DNA from: Caloramator sp. E03
Lineage (GTDB): Bacteria > Bacillota > Clostridia > Clostridiales > Caloramatoraceae
Length of the DNA: 64,000 nucleotides
Direction: 5' to 3'
NCBI RefSeq assembly: GCF_006016075.1
Contig: NZ_CP040093.1
Span: 1,239,069-1,303,068, forward strand
Shown here: piece by piece, positions 10,454 to 21,373 of the stretch
How positions within the stretch are numbered: position 1 is the first letter of the stretch
Layout: every line of letters begins with the position of its first letter
Program-made: the position numbers and the translations under genes
The notes under the pieces: model-generated
What the model saw: the letters and a program-made list of their open reading frames with translations, nothing else
Databases searched by the model: none
What the model was told of the DNA's origin: nothing

Positions 10454-10813
10454 TTATTTTCTATTTATAAAATCTGTAGCAATTACATTTACCCCAGTAT
10501 CAAATATATTTTCAATCAATACCTGTCCAACATATAAAGGTGCACTAAATATATGTCTGTTGACTTCAGCAACAACATCAAACATAAAACTCTTTGATAT
10601 CTCTTTATCAGTTTTTACAGGTACAACTTCCCTGTCGCCTCCTATAACTTTAGCAGTTGTTGTAACAATTCTCTTAGGATCCATTATTTCAGCTATTGCA
10701 TAATCCTCTCCCTTTTTACATGTATTACCAGAAACCTTTATAATCCCATCATCTTTTAAAACTTCCATCTCACATCCTAAGGGACAATTAATACATATTA
10801 TTTTTTTAATCAT
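10454..10813 (-). CDS. DUF1667 domain protein (partner of anaerobic glycerol-3-phosphate dehydrogenase)
   Basis: 119 aa, CxxCPLGCE cysteine motif at N-terminus; position after glpA-like and oxidoreductase genes is the canonical clostridial arrangement. Confidence 0.7.
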   Translation of the reverse strand: MIKKIICINCPLGCEMEVLKDDGIIKVSGNTCKKGEDYAIAEIMDPKRIVTTTAKVIGGDREVVPVKTDKEISKSFMFDVVAEVNRHIFSAPLYVGQVLIENIFDTGVNVIATDFINRK

Positions 10814-12071
10814 TTTTTATCTCCTCCAACGTAAACTCAATATCACCCTTATTAAGCTTTTCTAAGATGCTTCTTTTTACAACAACGCTTTCCATTTCCC
10901 CGGGGGTAACAATGGCTTTCCTTACTTTTGTTATTATCTGCCCGTTATTTTTTACAGTTAAATATACGTTTTTATATACATTATCAACTCTCATGAAAAA
11001 GTTTACGCTATCGTCAACATTTAAAGGATCTATTCTATGAGGCACAACATATCTTATCCCGTAAGTCCCCTTTGTCTTAAAGCTTTTATCATTAAAGCTT
11101 AGCTGTCCTTTTACAAATTTTGCAGCAGATCGTCCTGCAATTCTGCTTTCAAATGTCACATAATCTACAAGATCATGAACATGTACAACATTCCCACAGG
11201 CAAAAATACCTTCAACCATAGTTTGCATTGATTCGTCAACTATTGGTCCTGATGTTATATTATCAATTGGAATATTGGCTTCCCTTGTTAATTCATTTTC
11301 AGGGATTAATCCAACCGATAGCAAAAGAGTGTCGCATTCTACAAATCTTTCTGTTTCTTTTATAGGCTTTCTTTCAGAATCAACTTCAGCAATAGTAACA
11401 CCTTCTAATCTTTTTCTTCCATGTATTCTTACAACAGTATGATTAAAATACAAAGGTATGTCAAAATCATGAAGACATTGGGCTATATTTCTTTTTAGCC
11501 CTGTTGAATATGGCATAAGTTCAAGAACCATTTTAACCTCTGCCCCTTCAAGAGTCATCCTCCTTGCCATTATGAGCCCAATATCTCCTGAACCTAAAAC
11601 AACTACCTTTTTACCTACCATATATCCTTCCATGTTTATAAACCTTTGGGCTGCACCTGCTGTAAATATTCCCGATGGCCTATTACCAGGAATATTTAAA
11701 GCCCCTCTTGTTCTTTCCCTGCATCCCATGGTCAAAACTATTGCCTTTGATTTTATATTTATAATCCCATCATTAGGAGTTAGAGCAATTATATTCCTAT
11801 CTTTATCTATTTTAATAACCATAGTGTCTAACATATAATCTATTTTGTAATTTTTAACTTCATCTATAAATCTATTTGCATATTCAGGACCTGTCAGCTG
11901 TTCTTTAAAAATATGAAGCCCAAATCCATTGTGTATACATTGCTGCAAAATTCCTCCAAGCCTTTTGTCTCTTTCAATAATAAGTACATCCTCAGCTCCA
12001 TTCTTCTTAGCCTCAATAGCTGCTGCAAGCCCAGCAGGACCTCCTCCAATAACAACTACATCCCTTATCAT
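10806..12071 (-). CDS. FAD/NAD(P)-binding pyridine nucleotide-disulfide-type oxidoreductase (GlpB-like subunit)
   Basis: 421 aa, N-terminal GGGPAG dinucleotide-binding motif, second Rossmann motif VVVLGSGDIG. Confidence 0.7.
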   Translation of the reverse strand: MIRDVVVIGGGPAGLAAAIEAKKNGAEDVLIIERDKRLGGILQQCIHNGFGLHIFKEQLTGPEYANRFIDEVKNYKIDYMLDTMVIKIDKDRNIIALTPNDGIINIKSKAIVLTMGCRERTRGALNIPGNRPSGIFTAGAAQRFINMEGYMVGKKVVVLGSGDIGLIMARRMTLEGAEVKMVLELMPYSTGLKRNIAQCLHDFDIPLYFNHTVVRIHGRKRLEGVTIAEVDSERKPIKETERFVECDTLLLSVGLIPENELTREANIPIDNITSGPIVDESMQTMVEGIFACGNVVHVHDLVDYVTFESRIAGRSAAKFVKGQLSFNDKSFKTKGTYGIRYVVPHRIDPLNVDDSVNFFMRVDNVYKNVYLTVKNNGQIITKVRKAIVTPGEMESVVVKRSILEKLNKGDIEFTLEEIKND

Positions 12072-12081
12072 TTTATCCCCC

Positions 12082-13506
12082 CTATTTAGTTCTTCCCGTT
12101 AGTATATAGCTACCTGGCCCATCTTTATTTATATTTTTTCTATCAATATTCAGTTCTCTTTCAAGTATCTCCATTACCCTTGGCATACAAAATCCTCCCT
12201 GGCATCTTCCCATTCCTGCTCTTACTCTTTTTTTCACACCATCAACACTTATTGCTCCAAGGGGCCTTCTTATAGCATTAACAATATCTCCTTCTGTTAT
12301 ATGTTCACACCTGCAAATTATTCTTCCATATAATGGGTTTTGCTCTAATGCCTTTTTCTTTTCTTCATCATTCATTTCAATAAACTTTTTAGTATTAGAT
12401 CTATTTGCTTTAAAATATTTTTTCTTTCTTAATACAAGTCCCTGATCACAAAGCAAGCTCACAACCATCTCAGCAATTGCAGGTGCACTTGTAAGCCCTG
12501 GGGATTCAATTCCAGCAGCATTTACAGCTCCCCTTTGAGGAATATCAATTATAAAATCCCCCACATTAGTTTTTGATCTTATACCTGCAAAGCTTGTAAT
12601 AACATATCTCATATCTATTCCATTAACGTTTTTTTGTGCACCATACAATATTTCATTAATCCCTTCAATATACGTTGATGTATCTTCTCTATCTTCCTGA
12701 TATATGGCATTAGGACCTATAAATATATTCCCATGAACAGTAGGAGATACTAATATTCCCTTACCCTTCTCTGTAGGAGTTGGAAATATGGTTTTTTCAA
12801 CAAGGTCTCCGATAATTTTATCAAACAAACAGTATTCTCCTCTTGTAGGTATCATAGAAAATATTCTCCCCGATAACATTTTACTAATCTTATCTGAATT
12901 AATACCTGCAGCATTTACAACATAATTAGCTTCAAAGATGCCCCTATTTGTTTCAACCATGAACTTATCTTTATCCTTATATATGTTAGAAACTTCACAA
13001 TTAAATATAAATTCTACTCCGTTTTCACAGGCATTTTCACCAAGGGCAATTGCCATCTCAAAGGGGGAGACAATACCTGCCGTTGGGGCATAAAGAGCAC
13101 ATATTACATTATCCTTTATGTTAGGCTCCATAGATAAAATCTCATTTTTTTCTATAATCTTAAGGTTTGGGACTCCATTTGTAATACCTCTTTTATAGAG
13201 CACCTCAACTTCCTTTTGTTCTTCTTCATTGAATGCAACAACTAAAGATCCGTTATTTTTATAAGGAACATCAAGTTCTTTACAAAGCCCTTCATACATC
13301 TCACAGCCTCTAACATTGAGTTTTGCTTTTAATGTACCTTCATGGGCGTCATAGCCCGCATGAACTATACCGCTGTTTGCCTTTGTTGAGCCACAAGAAA
13401 CGTCATAACCTTTTTCAACAACAGCAATATTAAGCTCATTTTTCGAAAGCTCCCTTGCTATTGCACATCCAACAATACCTGCACCTATTATTAAAACATC
13501 GTACAT
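12082..13506 (-). CDS. glpA: FAD-dependent glycerol-3-phosphate dehydrogenase (anaerobic GlpA-like) with C-terminal BFD-like [2Fe-2S] domain
   Basis: 474 aa, N-terminal DVLIIGAGIVG FAD motif; C-terminal CRCEHITEGD...CQGGFC cysteine cluster. Confidence 0.8.
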   Translation of the reverse strand: MYDVLIIGAGIVGCAIARELSKNELNIAVVEKGYDVSCGSTKANSGIVHAGYDAHEGTLKAKLNVRGCEMYEGLCKELDVPYKNNGSLVVAFNEEEQKEVEVLYKRGITNGVPNLKIIEKNEILSMEPNIKDNVICALYAPTAGIVSPFEMAIALGENACENGVEFIFNCEVSNIYKDKDKFMVETNRGIFEANYVVNAAGINSDKISKMLSGRIFSMIPTRGEYCLFDKIIGDLVEKTIFPTPTEKGKGILVSPTVHGNIFIGPNAIYQEDREDTSTYIEGINEILYGAQKNVNGIDMRYVITSFAGIRSKTNVGDFIIDIPQRGAVNAAGIESPGLTSAPAIAEMVVSLLCDQGLVLRKKKYFKANRSNTKKFIEMNDEEKKKALEQNPLYGRIICRCEHITEGDIVNAIRRPLGAISVDGVKKRVRAGMGRCQGGFCMPRVMEILERELNIDRKNINKDGPGSYILTGRTK

Positions 13507-13590
13507 ACATAATCCCCCTTAATAAAGAGCCATGCTCAAGGGTCTTAAGACCTATCAACATGGCTCTTTATAGATATAGTATTTAAAATA

Positions 13591-15099
<1,509 letters not shown>

Positions 15100-15145
15100 T
15101 CATCAATTTTTATGGGTGCCCAATTAATGGGCACCAGTATATAAT

Positions 15146-15853
15146 TTATAAGAAAAGTCCAGTGTATAAGAGTGCTCCTATTATTCCACCTATAATTGGG
15201 CCTACAACTGGTATCCAAGAATATCCCCAATCGGAATCTCTCTTTCCTGGAATAGGAAGAATTGCATGAGCAATACGTGGTCCAAGGTCTCTTGCAGGGT
15301 TGATTGCATAACCTGTTGGACCTCCAAGAGACAAACCTATTGACCAAACTAAGAATGCTACTGCTAATGTTCCTACACCATTTGTAAGTTTGTTTGCACC
15401 AATGAACATACATCCCATAACAAGCATCATTGTTCCAATAATTTCTGTTAAAAGGTTTGCAAAGGTATTTCTTACTGCTGGAGCTGTACAGAATACTCCA
15501 AGCTTGCCATCCTTGTTATCAGTTTCTTTCCAGTGTGGCAGATATGCAAGCCATACTAAAACTGCTCCAACAAAAGCACCAAGCATTTGAGCTATGATAT
15601 AAGGAAATACATCAGCCCATGGGAAATTGCCAACAACTGCATTTGCTATTGTTACAGCAGGATTAAGATGCCCACCGCTAATGCTCCCAACTGCAAAAAC
15701 TGCCATTCCAACAGCAAGTCCCCAGCCAGTAGTTATTACTATCCAGCCAGAGTTTTGTCCCTTTGATTTGTTTAAAACAACGTTGGCAACAACTCCATCA
15801 CCAAGGAGAATAAGAATTGCTGTGCCAATAAACTCAGCTAAAAACTTAGACAT
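15146..15853 (-). CDS. glpF: Glycerol uptake facilitator (aquaglyceroporin)
   Basis: 235 aa, two NPA boxes (HLNPAVT, NPARD), 6 TM. Confidence 0.9.
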   Translation of the reverse strand: MSKFLAEFIGTAILILLGDGVVANVVLNKSKGQNSGWIVITTGWGLAVGMAVFAVGSISGGHLNPAVTIANAVVGNFPWADVFPYIIAQMLGAFVGAVLVWLAYLPHWKETDNKDGKLGVFCTAPAVRNTFANLLTEIIGTMMLVMGCMFIGANKLTNGVGTLAVAFLVWSIGLSLGGPTGYAINPARDLGPRIAHAILPIPGKRDSDWGYSWIPVVGPIIGGIIGALLYTGLFL

Positions 15854-15989
15854 TTAAAAACCCCCCTATTAAAATTTTTTATGGAACATGTCCACCATTC
15901 CGTTATATCTATATTTTCAATTTTCATAATTTATTCAAAAAAAATTAATTTTTTTATAACTAAATTCGATAAATTGATTTTAAAATAGA

Positions 15990-16030
15990 CAAAAAAACAC
16001 CTAACCTACTTGGTAGATTAGGTATCTTTA
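15990..16030 (-). terminator. Intrinsic terminator downstream of helD
   Basis: Hairpin cctaacctac/gtagattagg followed by a T-run in minus-strand sense. Confidence 0.5.
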
Positions 16031-16034
16031 ATAT

Positions 16035-18326
16035 TTATTTTATATCTTTTAATAATGGTGTTAACTCTTTTTCATAGTATATATAAAGTCTATGAAGTGG
16101 TCTTGTCATTGAAACATATAAAAGTTTTATATCAAGTTCATTTTCTCCATATTTATCTCTATCTGCTGATACAATCATAGCTGCATCAAATTCAAGCCCC
16201 TTTGAAAAATACGATGGAACAATTACAATTCCAGCCCTATATTCCTTTTCCTTACCAGTTAAAAGTTGTATATCTTTGTGATATTTCTTTAGAAGAGTAT
16301 TCATCTTTATACATTCATTAAGTGTTTTACATATAATAGCAATTGATTTAAAGCCTTCTTCCTTTAAATTATTTATTTTTTCTACTATATCCTTTGCTAT
16401 ATCTGCTATATTTTCTTTATTTATAATTTCAACCTTTTCTCCATGCCTTATGACAGGCTCCCCCAAGACTATATTATCATCCTTTATTTTCTTTATTACA
16501 CTATTTGCAGCATCCATTATCTCAACTGTTGTTCTGTAGCTTTGCTTTAAATTCAGAATTTCACATCTTCCATCTTCAAAAACATATCTTTCGATATCCC
16601 TCCAACTTTTTATACCTCTATAGGAATGTATGCCCTGACAGAGGTCTCCAAGAATTGTAAGGGAGGTATCCTTTGCAATCTTTTTCAGAACATAGAACTG
16701 AAAAACGCTAAAATCCTGAGCCTCATCTACTACAATATGCTTTATATTTATTTTTTCATCAAGTCCATAAACACAGTACTTTATATACATAATTGGTGCA
16801 AGGTCTTCAACTTCAACAAATCCAGATTTTAAAATATTTATTGTATATTCTCTTACAAACTCTGCTGTATCACTATCCAAGCAATTTTCAATAAGACTAA
16901 AATAAAGCTCTTGATTCTCGAAAAAATCTTTATAATATTTTAAAGGCTCAATCCTTTGTATTGACTTAACATAATCATTAACAGCTTTTTTGCATATACT
17001 CTCAAGCTTTGATATAGCATCATTCTTGGAATCAATTATTTCAGAGAGAATTTTTCTTCTATCCTCACCATCTTCCATTTCAAGCTTAACTGCTGCAACT
17101 TTCCTGTCACACTCTAATTGGAAAGATGCCTTTATTGCTTCTTTCTTCTTTTTCAGCCTATTTGATAAGTGTTTTTTTATCTCAAGTATCCTTTTATGCA
17201 TCGCAATATTTTTATATTCATTTAAGAAAAGGCTTTGTATCTCTTCATATTTATATATAACATAATTCCCAACTTTAAAATCTGCTTTTGGTAAGAATTC
17301 CTTTTCAATTTTCATTATTAACCTGTCGATTACATTTTTAAATTCAATTGATGCTTTAAACTCAGATTCTTTTCTAATAAAATTATTTAATTTTATCTCT
17401 TCATAAGTATTATTATTGTTAACAAACCTTATAAGCTTTTCATTTTCATCTTGTATTTTTAATTTTGAGCCTATCATCTCAACTGCAAAATCCAAAAATG
17501 TAGTCTGTTTTACCTTATCAACTCCAAGCTCTGGAAGAACTTCAGATATATAGTTTAGGAAAAATCTCGTAGGTGCAAGAATCATAAAGTTTTCAGGGTA
17601 AAAAGATTTTTCAAATGTATATATAAGATAAGCAATTCTATGAAGTGCTATAGTAGTTTTCCCACTTCCAGCAGCTCCTTGTACTATAATGGGTTTCCAC
17701 ATATCTGCCCTTATAACTTTGTTTTGTTCAACTTGTATTGTAGATACAATGTCCTTTAACCTATTATCTGCATTAGCTCCCAGATATGATTGTAAAAACT
17801 CATCGTTTGTAGTAATATCTATATCAAATATATTATTTAGTTTCCCATCTTCAATAGAAAACTGTCTTTTTAAAGATAGCTTTCCTTTTATTCTACCCTC
17901 AGGACAACTATAGGATGCATCTCCAATTCTCTCTTCATAATAAAGATTTGAAATAGGAGCACGCCAGTCTACTATAATGAGTTTTTGATCTTCCTCCCTC
18001 ATTAAAGACATCTTCCCAATATAAATTTTTTCTTTTTCACTAGCTCCCTCTTCTTTAAAATCAATTCTTGCAAAATAAGGCTTTTTTCTTGCCGCTATCA
18101 AATTTTTAAGTTTTATCTGTATCCTATCATGAAACATAGTATTTATCATTAAATCTATATATCCTTGGCTGCTATCACCATGTAGCCCTTTTTTGCTTTT
18201 TGAAACTTCGACATCAAGTCTGTCTTTCTCTTTTATTGCATTTTCAAGACTTTTTTCAACATACCCTAAAGTAAATTCAAGCCTGTTTAATTCTTCATTA
18301 TAATCAGGATGATCTTTCGATGACAT
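16035..18326 (-). CDS. helD: DNA helicase IV / HelD-like UvrD-family helicase
   Basis: 763 aa, Walker A GAAGSGKTT, N-terminal HelD-specific region, UvrD C-terminal motifs. Confidence 0.8.
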   Translation of the reverse strand: MSSKDHPDYNEELNRLEFTLGYVEKSLENAIKEKDRLDVEVSKSKKGLHGDSSQGYIDLMINTMFHDRIQIKLKNLIAARKKPYFARIDFKEEGASEKEKIYIGKMSLMREEDQKLIIVDWRAPISNLYYEERIGDASYSCPEGRIKGKLSLKRQFSIEDGKLNNIFDIDITTNDEFLQSYLGANADNRLKDIVSTIQVEQNKVIRADMWKPIIVQGAAGSGKTTIALHRIAYLIYTFEKSFYPENFMILAPTRFFLNYISEVLPELGVDKVKQTTFLDFAVEMIGSKLKIQDENEKLIRFVNNNNTYEEIKLNNFIRKESEFKASIEFKNVIDRLIMKIEKEFLPKADFKVGNYVIYKYEEIQSLFLNEYKNIAMHKRILEIKKHLSNRLKKKKEAIKASFQLECDRKVAAVKLEMEDGEDRRKILSEIIDSKNDAISKLESICKKAVNDYVKSIQRIEPLKYYKDFFENQELYFSLIENCLDSDTAEFVREYTINILKSGFVEVEDLAPIMYIKYCVYGLDEKINIKHIVVDEAQDFSVFQFYVLKKIAKDTSLTILGDLCQGIHSYRGIKSWRDIERYVFEDGRCEILNLKQSYRTTVEIMDAANSVIKKIKDDNIVLGEPVIRHGEKVEIINKENIADIAKDIVEKINNLKEEGFKSIAIICKTLNECIKMNTLLKKYHKDIQLLTGKEKEYRAGIVIVPSYFSKGLEFDAAMIVSADRDKYGENELDIKLLYVSMTRPLHRLYIYYEKELTPLLKDIK

Positions 18327-18399
18327 AATAAAACCTCCCTAAAAAATTTTAGGCGAACTTATTGATTATAGCCTAAAATTTAAGGAGTGTAAATATATA

Positions 18400-18425
18400 G
18401 GTGCCAGGTACCGGAGAATGGAGAA
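18400..18425. repeat. REP palindromic element, partial copy A (core ggtgccaggtacc + right arm ggagaatggagaa)
   Basis: Matches right two-thirds of the full 39-nt palindrome at 24881-24919; one core substitution. Confidence 0.8.
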
Positions 18426-18686
18426 AAGTTATTATTGATATTAAGCATAGGTAAGCACCGCAAAAAACTAATATGGGTTTTGACAAGGCTATAAACGCGG
18501 TGCAAAAATATTAGAGCCAGCAGGGATATGTTATGTTGTAAATAAAATTAATATTAAATCAAGGAAAAATAATATATAATATCGGATAATTTGATAAGGT
18601 TTTACGATGCTATAAAAAGGCTTCTTTAATAAGTAAGTCTTTAAATAAAAAACGTAAAGTAAAAATCAATTGAAGTAAAATCCGTT

Positions 18687-18715
18687 TGACAGCAAATTAT
18701 AAATCTGGTTATAAT
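18687..18715 (+). promoter_or_regulatory. sigma-A promoter driving TPP riboswitch-thiC (TTGACA-17-TATAAT)
   Basis: TTGACA at 18687 and TATAAT about 17 nt downstream, about 20 nt before aptamer. Confidence 0.5.
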
Positions 18716-18735
18716 TAAATTAAAAGTTAATATAA

Positions 18736-18880
18736 TCACTGGGGGAGATGGAAAAGGCCATCTGAGAGTAAGGTCCTATAAAACCTTTGACCCTTTGAAC
18801 CTGATCTGGTTAATGCCAGCGTAGGAAAGTGTGGGGATTATTTGCACTACTCTATTTTAGCTGGGTAGTGCTTTTTTATT
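18736..18880 (+). ncRNA. TPP (THI-box) riboswitch with terminator expression platform
   Basis: Conserved CUGAGA and ACCCUUUGAACCUGAUCUGGUUAAUGCCAGCGUAGGAA elements; followed by terminator hairpin gcactac...gtagtgc plus T6 (18844-18880); precedes thiC. Confidence 0.85.
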
Positions 18881-19042
18881 TAACACTATCCTGCAATGGA
18901 TAGTGTATTATTTTGTGAACTACCCCCAACTCTACGAAGTCACCACTTGTATCGCTGATTATGTTAAATAAAAAGGAGAGGATGCCACAAAACAATTAAA
19001 ATAACTTTAAAATAGAAATAAAAGATAATGGAGGTTTATAAT

Positions 19043-20293
19043 ATGAATAAAACACAGCTTGAATATGCAAAAGAAAAAATATTTACTCAGGAGATGGGAA
19101 AGGCATTTTTGCATGAAGAAATAAATAAAGATGAGTTTTTAGATAATATTTCAAATGGAAAAATAGTTATTCCAGCAAACAAAAACAGAAAACGTGAAAA
19201 ATACTATGCAATAGGTAAAGGATGCCTTGTTAAGATAAATGTAAATATAGGTGTTTCAAGCGAATGTGGAAACTTTGATGAAGAAATAAAAAAGCTTGAG
19301 CTCTGCAGGGAATTTAATGTTGAATCGGTTATGGATCTTTCAAGTGGGAAGAATTCAAAAGAGTTTAGAAAAATGCTTTTAAAAAATTATGATTTTATAG
19401 TAGGTACAGTTCCTGTGTATGATACTGCAATTTTACATGATGATTTTACAAAGGTTGATGTAAAGCAAATACTTGAGCTTATTGAAATGCAGGCAGAAGA
19501 GGGCGTTGACTTTTTTACCCTTCATGCAGGAATAAACAGAAAAGCAATTGAAAGGTTTAAGAATAATAATAGGATTATGAAGATTGTATCCCGCGGCGGA
19601 GGGATGATATATAACTGGATGATGAAAAACGATAGGGAGAATCCTTTTTATGAATACTATGATGAAATATTAAAAATATGTAAAAAACATGATGTTACTC
19701 TAAGCCTTGGGGACTCCCTAAGACCTGGATGTGTTTTCGATTCTACTGATGCCCTTCAAATCGAAGAGCTAATAAACTTAGGAGAACTCACCAAAAGGGC
19801 ATGGGATGAGGGAGTACAGGTAATGATAGAAGGCCCTGGGCACATGAGGGCAAATGAAATTGCAGCAAATATGGTTCTTGAAAAGAAACTCTGCAAAGAT
19901 GCTCCTTTCTATGTTTTAGGACCTTTAACAACTGATATAGGAGCAGGATATGACCACATATCAGGTGCAATGGGAGCATTAATTGCAGCGTTAAACGGAG
20001 CTGATTTCCTTTGCTATTTAACTCCTGCAGAGCACCTTCGCCTTCCAAGCATTAATGATGTTAAAGAAGGAATAATAGCATTTAAACTTGCTGCTCATTC
20101 TGCAAATATTGCAAAAGGGTTTAAAAAACCTCTTGAAAGAGATTATAAAATGAGTACTGCAAGGAAAAACATGGATTGGGAAGAAATGTTCAAATGGGGC
20201 ATAGATGAAAAGAAAATGAGAGAATACAAAAAGGATGATAATAAATACTGCACTATGTGCGGAAAACTTTGCCCTGTCAAAAATGTAAAATAA
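19043..20293 (+). CDS. thiC: Phosphomethylpyrimidine synthase ThiC
   Basis: Strong ThiC similarity throughout (e.g. KINVNIGVSS, ALNGADFLCYLTPAEHLRLP, C-terminal CxxC...C cluster). Start moved to ATG 19043, which has a GGAGG RBS. Confidence 0.9.
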   Translation: MNKTQLEYAKEKIFTQEMGKAFLHEEINKDEFLDNISNGKIVIPANKNRKREKYYAIGKGCLVKINVNIGVSSECGNFDEEIKKLELCREFNVESVMDLSSGKNSKEFRKMLLKNYDFIVGTVPVYDTAILHDDFTKVDVKQILELIEMQAEEGVDFFTLHAGINRKAIERFKNNNRIMKIVSRGGGMIYNWMMKNDRENPFYEYYDEILKICKKHDVTLSLGDSLRPGCVFDSTDALQIEELINLGELTKRAWDEGVQVMIEGPGHMRANEIAANMVLEKKLCKDAPFYVLGPLTTDIGAGYDHISGAMGALIAALNGADFLCYLTPAEHLRLPSINDVKEGIIAFKLAAHSANIAKGFKKPLERDYKMSTARKNMDWEEMFKWGIDEKKMREYKKDDNKYCTMCGKLCPVKNVK

Positions 20294-20311
20294 ATTGGTG
20301 CCTTTTAAATT

Positions 20312-20337
20312 GGTGCCAGGCACCGGAGAATGGAGAA
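20312..20337. repeat. REP element partial copy B (core + right arm), 3' flank of RAYT gene
   Basis: ggtgccaggcaccggagaatggagaa; preceded by duplicated 11-mer aaattggtgcc. Confidence 0.85.
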
Positions 20338-20346
20338 AACTTTTTA

Positions 20347-21213
20347 TTATTCAACATTGATTTTATGATAGTTGCGAAATTTCCTTAAAGCATCTGCAGA
20401 AGTATTTAGAAAATTCCCTATTTCATATAGGGAATATTTATTATAAAGTGCTAGCTTAATAAATTCTATTTTATATGGAATTAGTGATTTTCCCCTGCTT
20501 CCCTTTAAAATAAGTTCTCTTATATCTTCAGGAATATTAATTGAATTAAAAATATCATTTAAGGTTAATCTTTGAAAATCATCAACCTTATTAGAATTTG
20601 TATTCTTATTGACATCATCTAATCTAAAAGCTGACTTTATAAAATCAAAATCCTTTATTTTATCATTGTCACACCCTGATATATCCATGAGGTTTAAATA
20701 TTTTTTTATAGCTTCAAACCTATTTGAAGACAAAATATTTAATATAAAGTTTATGTCAACAAAACTATTTATATTGCGCTGATAAAAAATATTGCTACTC
20801 CATCTGTAATCTGTTACTTTTTCACAAATTCCTGCCCTTACAGGATTTCTATGCACATATCGCAGAAGCCATATAAGATATGGATCATTATCTACAACTT
20901 CACATCCATATCTGCTTTCATAAACATGTCCAGTTCGCTGAAGTTCTCTATTTATGAATTTTGCCACAACACTGTTTATATTAAACATAATCTTATCAAT
21001 GTAATCATTGTTAGTTCTAATAATTAAATGATAATGATTGTCCATAATAACATATCCTAATACTTTATAGTCAAATCTTTTATTATATTCTTTCAATTGT
21101 TTTATTAAAAATGCTTTGTGTTTGTCGTTTTTAAATATAAATTCTTTATTATTCCCTCTTTGATAAACATGATAAATACAGCCATTAATCAATATTCTTG
21201 GTAATCTTGGCAT
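20347..21213 (-). CDS. REP-associated tyrosine transposase (RAYT; IS200/IS605 TnpA-like Y1/HUH transposase) with C-terminal extension
   Basis: N-terminal PRLPRI...YHVYQRGNN...; HUH motif DNHYHLII; catalytic-Tyr region; gene flanked by inverted partial REP copies. Confidence 0.8.
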   Translation of the reverse strand: MPRLPRILINGCIYHVYQRGNNKEFIFKNDKHKAFLIKQLKEYNKRFDYKVLGYVIMDNHYHLIIRTNNDYIDKIMFNINSVVAKFINRELQRTGHVYESRYGCEVVDNDPYLIWLLRYVHRNPVRAGICEKVTDYRWSSNIFYQRNINSFVDINFILNILSSNRFEAIKKYLNLMDISGCDNDKIKDFDFIKSAFRLDDVNKNTNSNKVDDFQRLTLNDIFNSINIPEDIRELILKGSRGKSLIPYKIEFIKLALYNKYSLYEIGNFLNTSADALRKFRNYHKINVE

Positions 21214-21260
21214 AACCATACCTCCTATTTAGAATATTATAGACATATTTTCAGAAAATA

Positions 21261-21286
21261 TTCTCCATTCTCCGGTGCCTGGCACC
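21261..21286. repeat. REP element partial copy C (left arm + core), 5' flank of RAYT gene
   Basis: ttctccattctccggtgcctggcacc, exact reverse complement of copy B. Confidence 0.85.
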
Positions 21287-21373
21287 TAAATTACATATAA
21301 AAAATCAGGCATATTCCTCTTATTCAACTAATAAATATATTATTAGTTTACAATAGATAAAGGGGGAAGAAAC

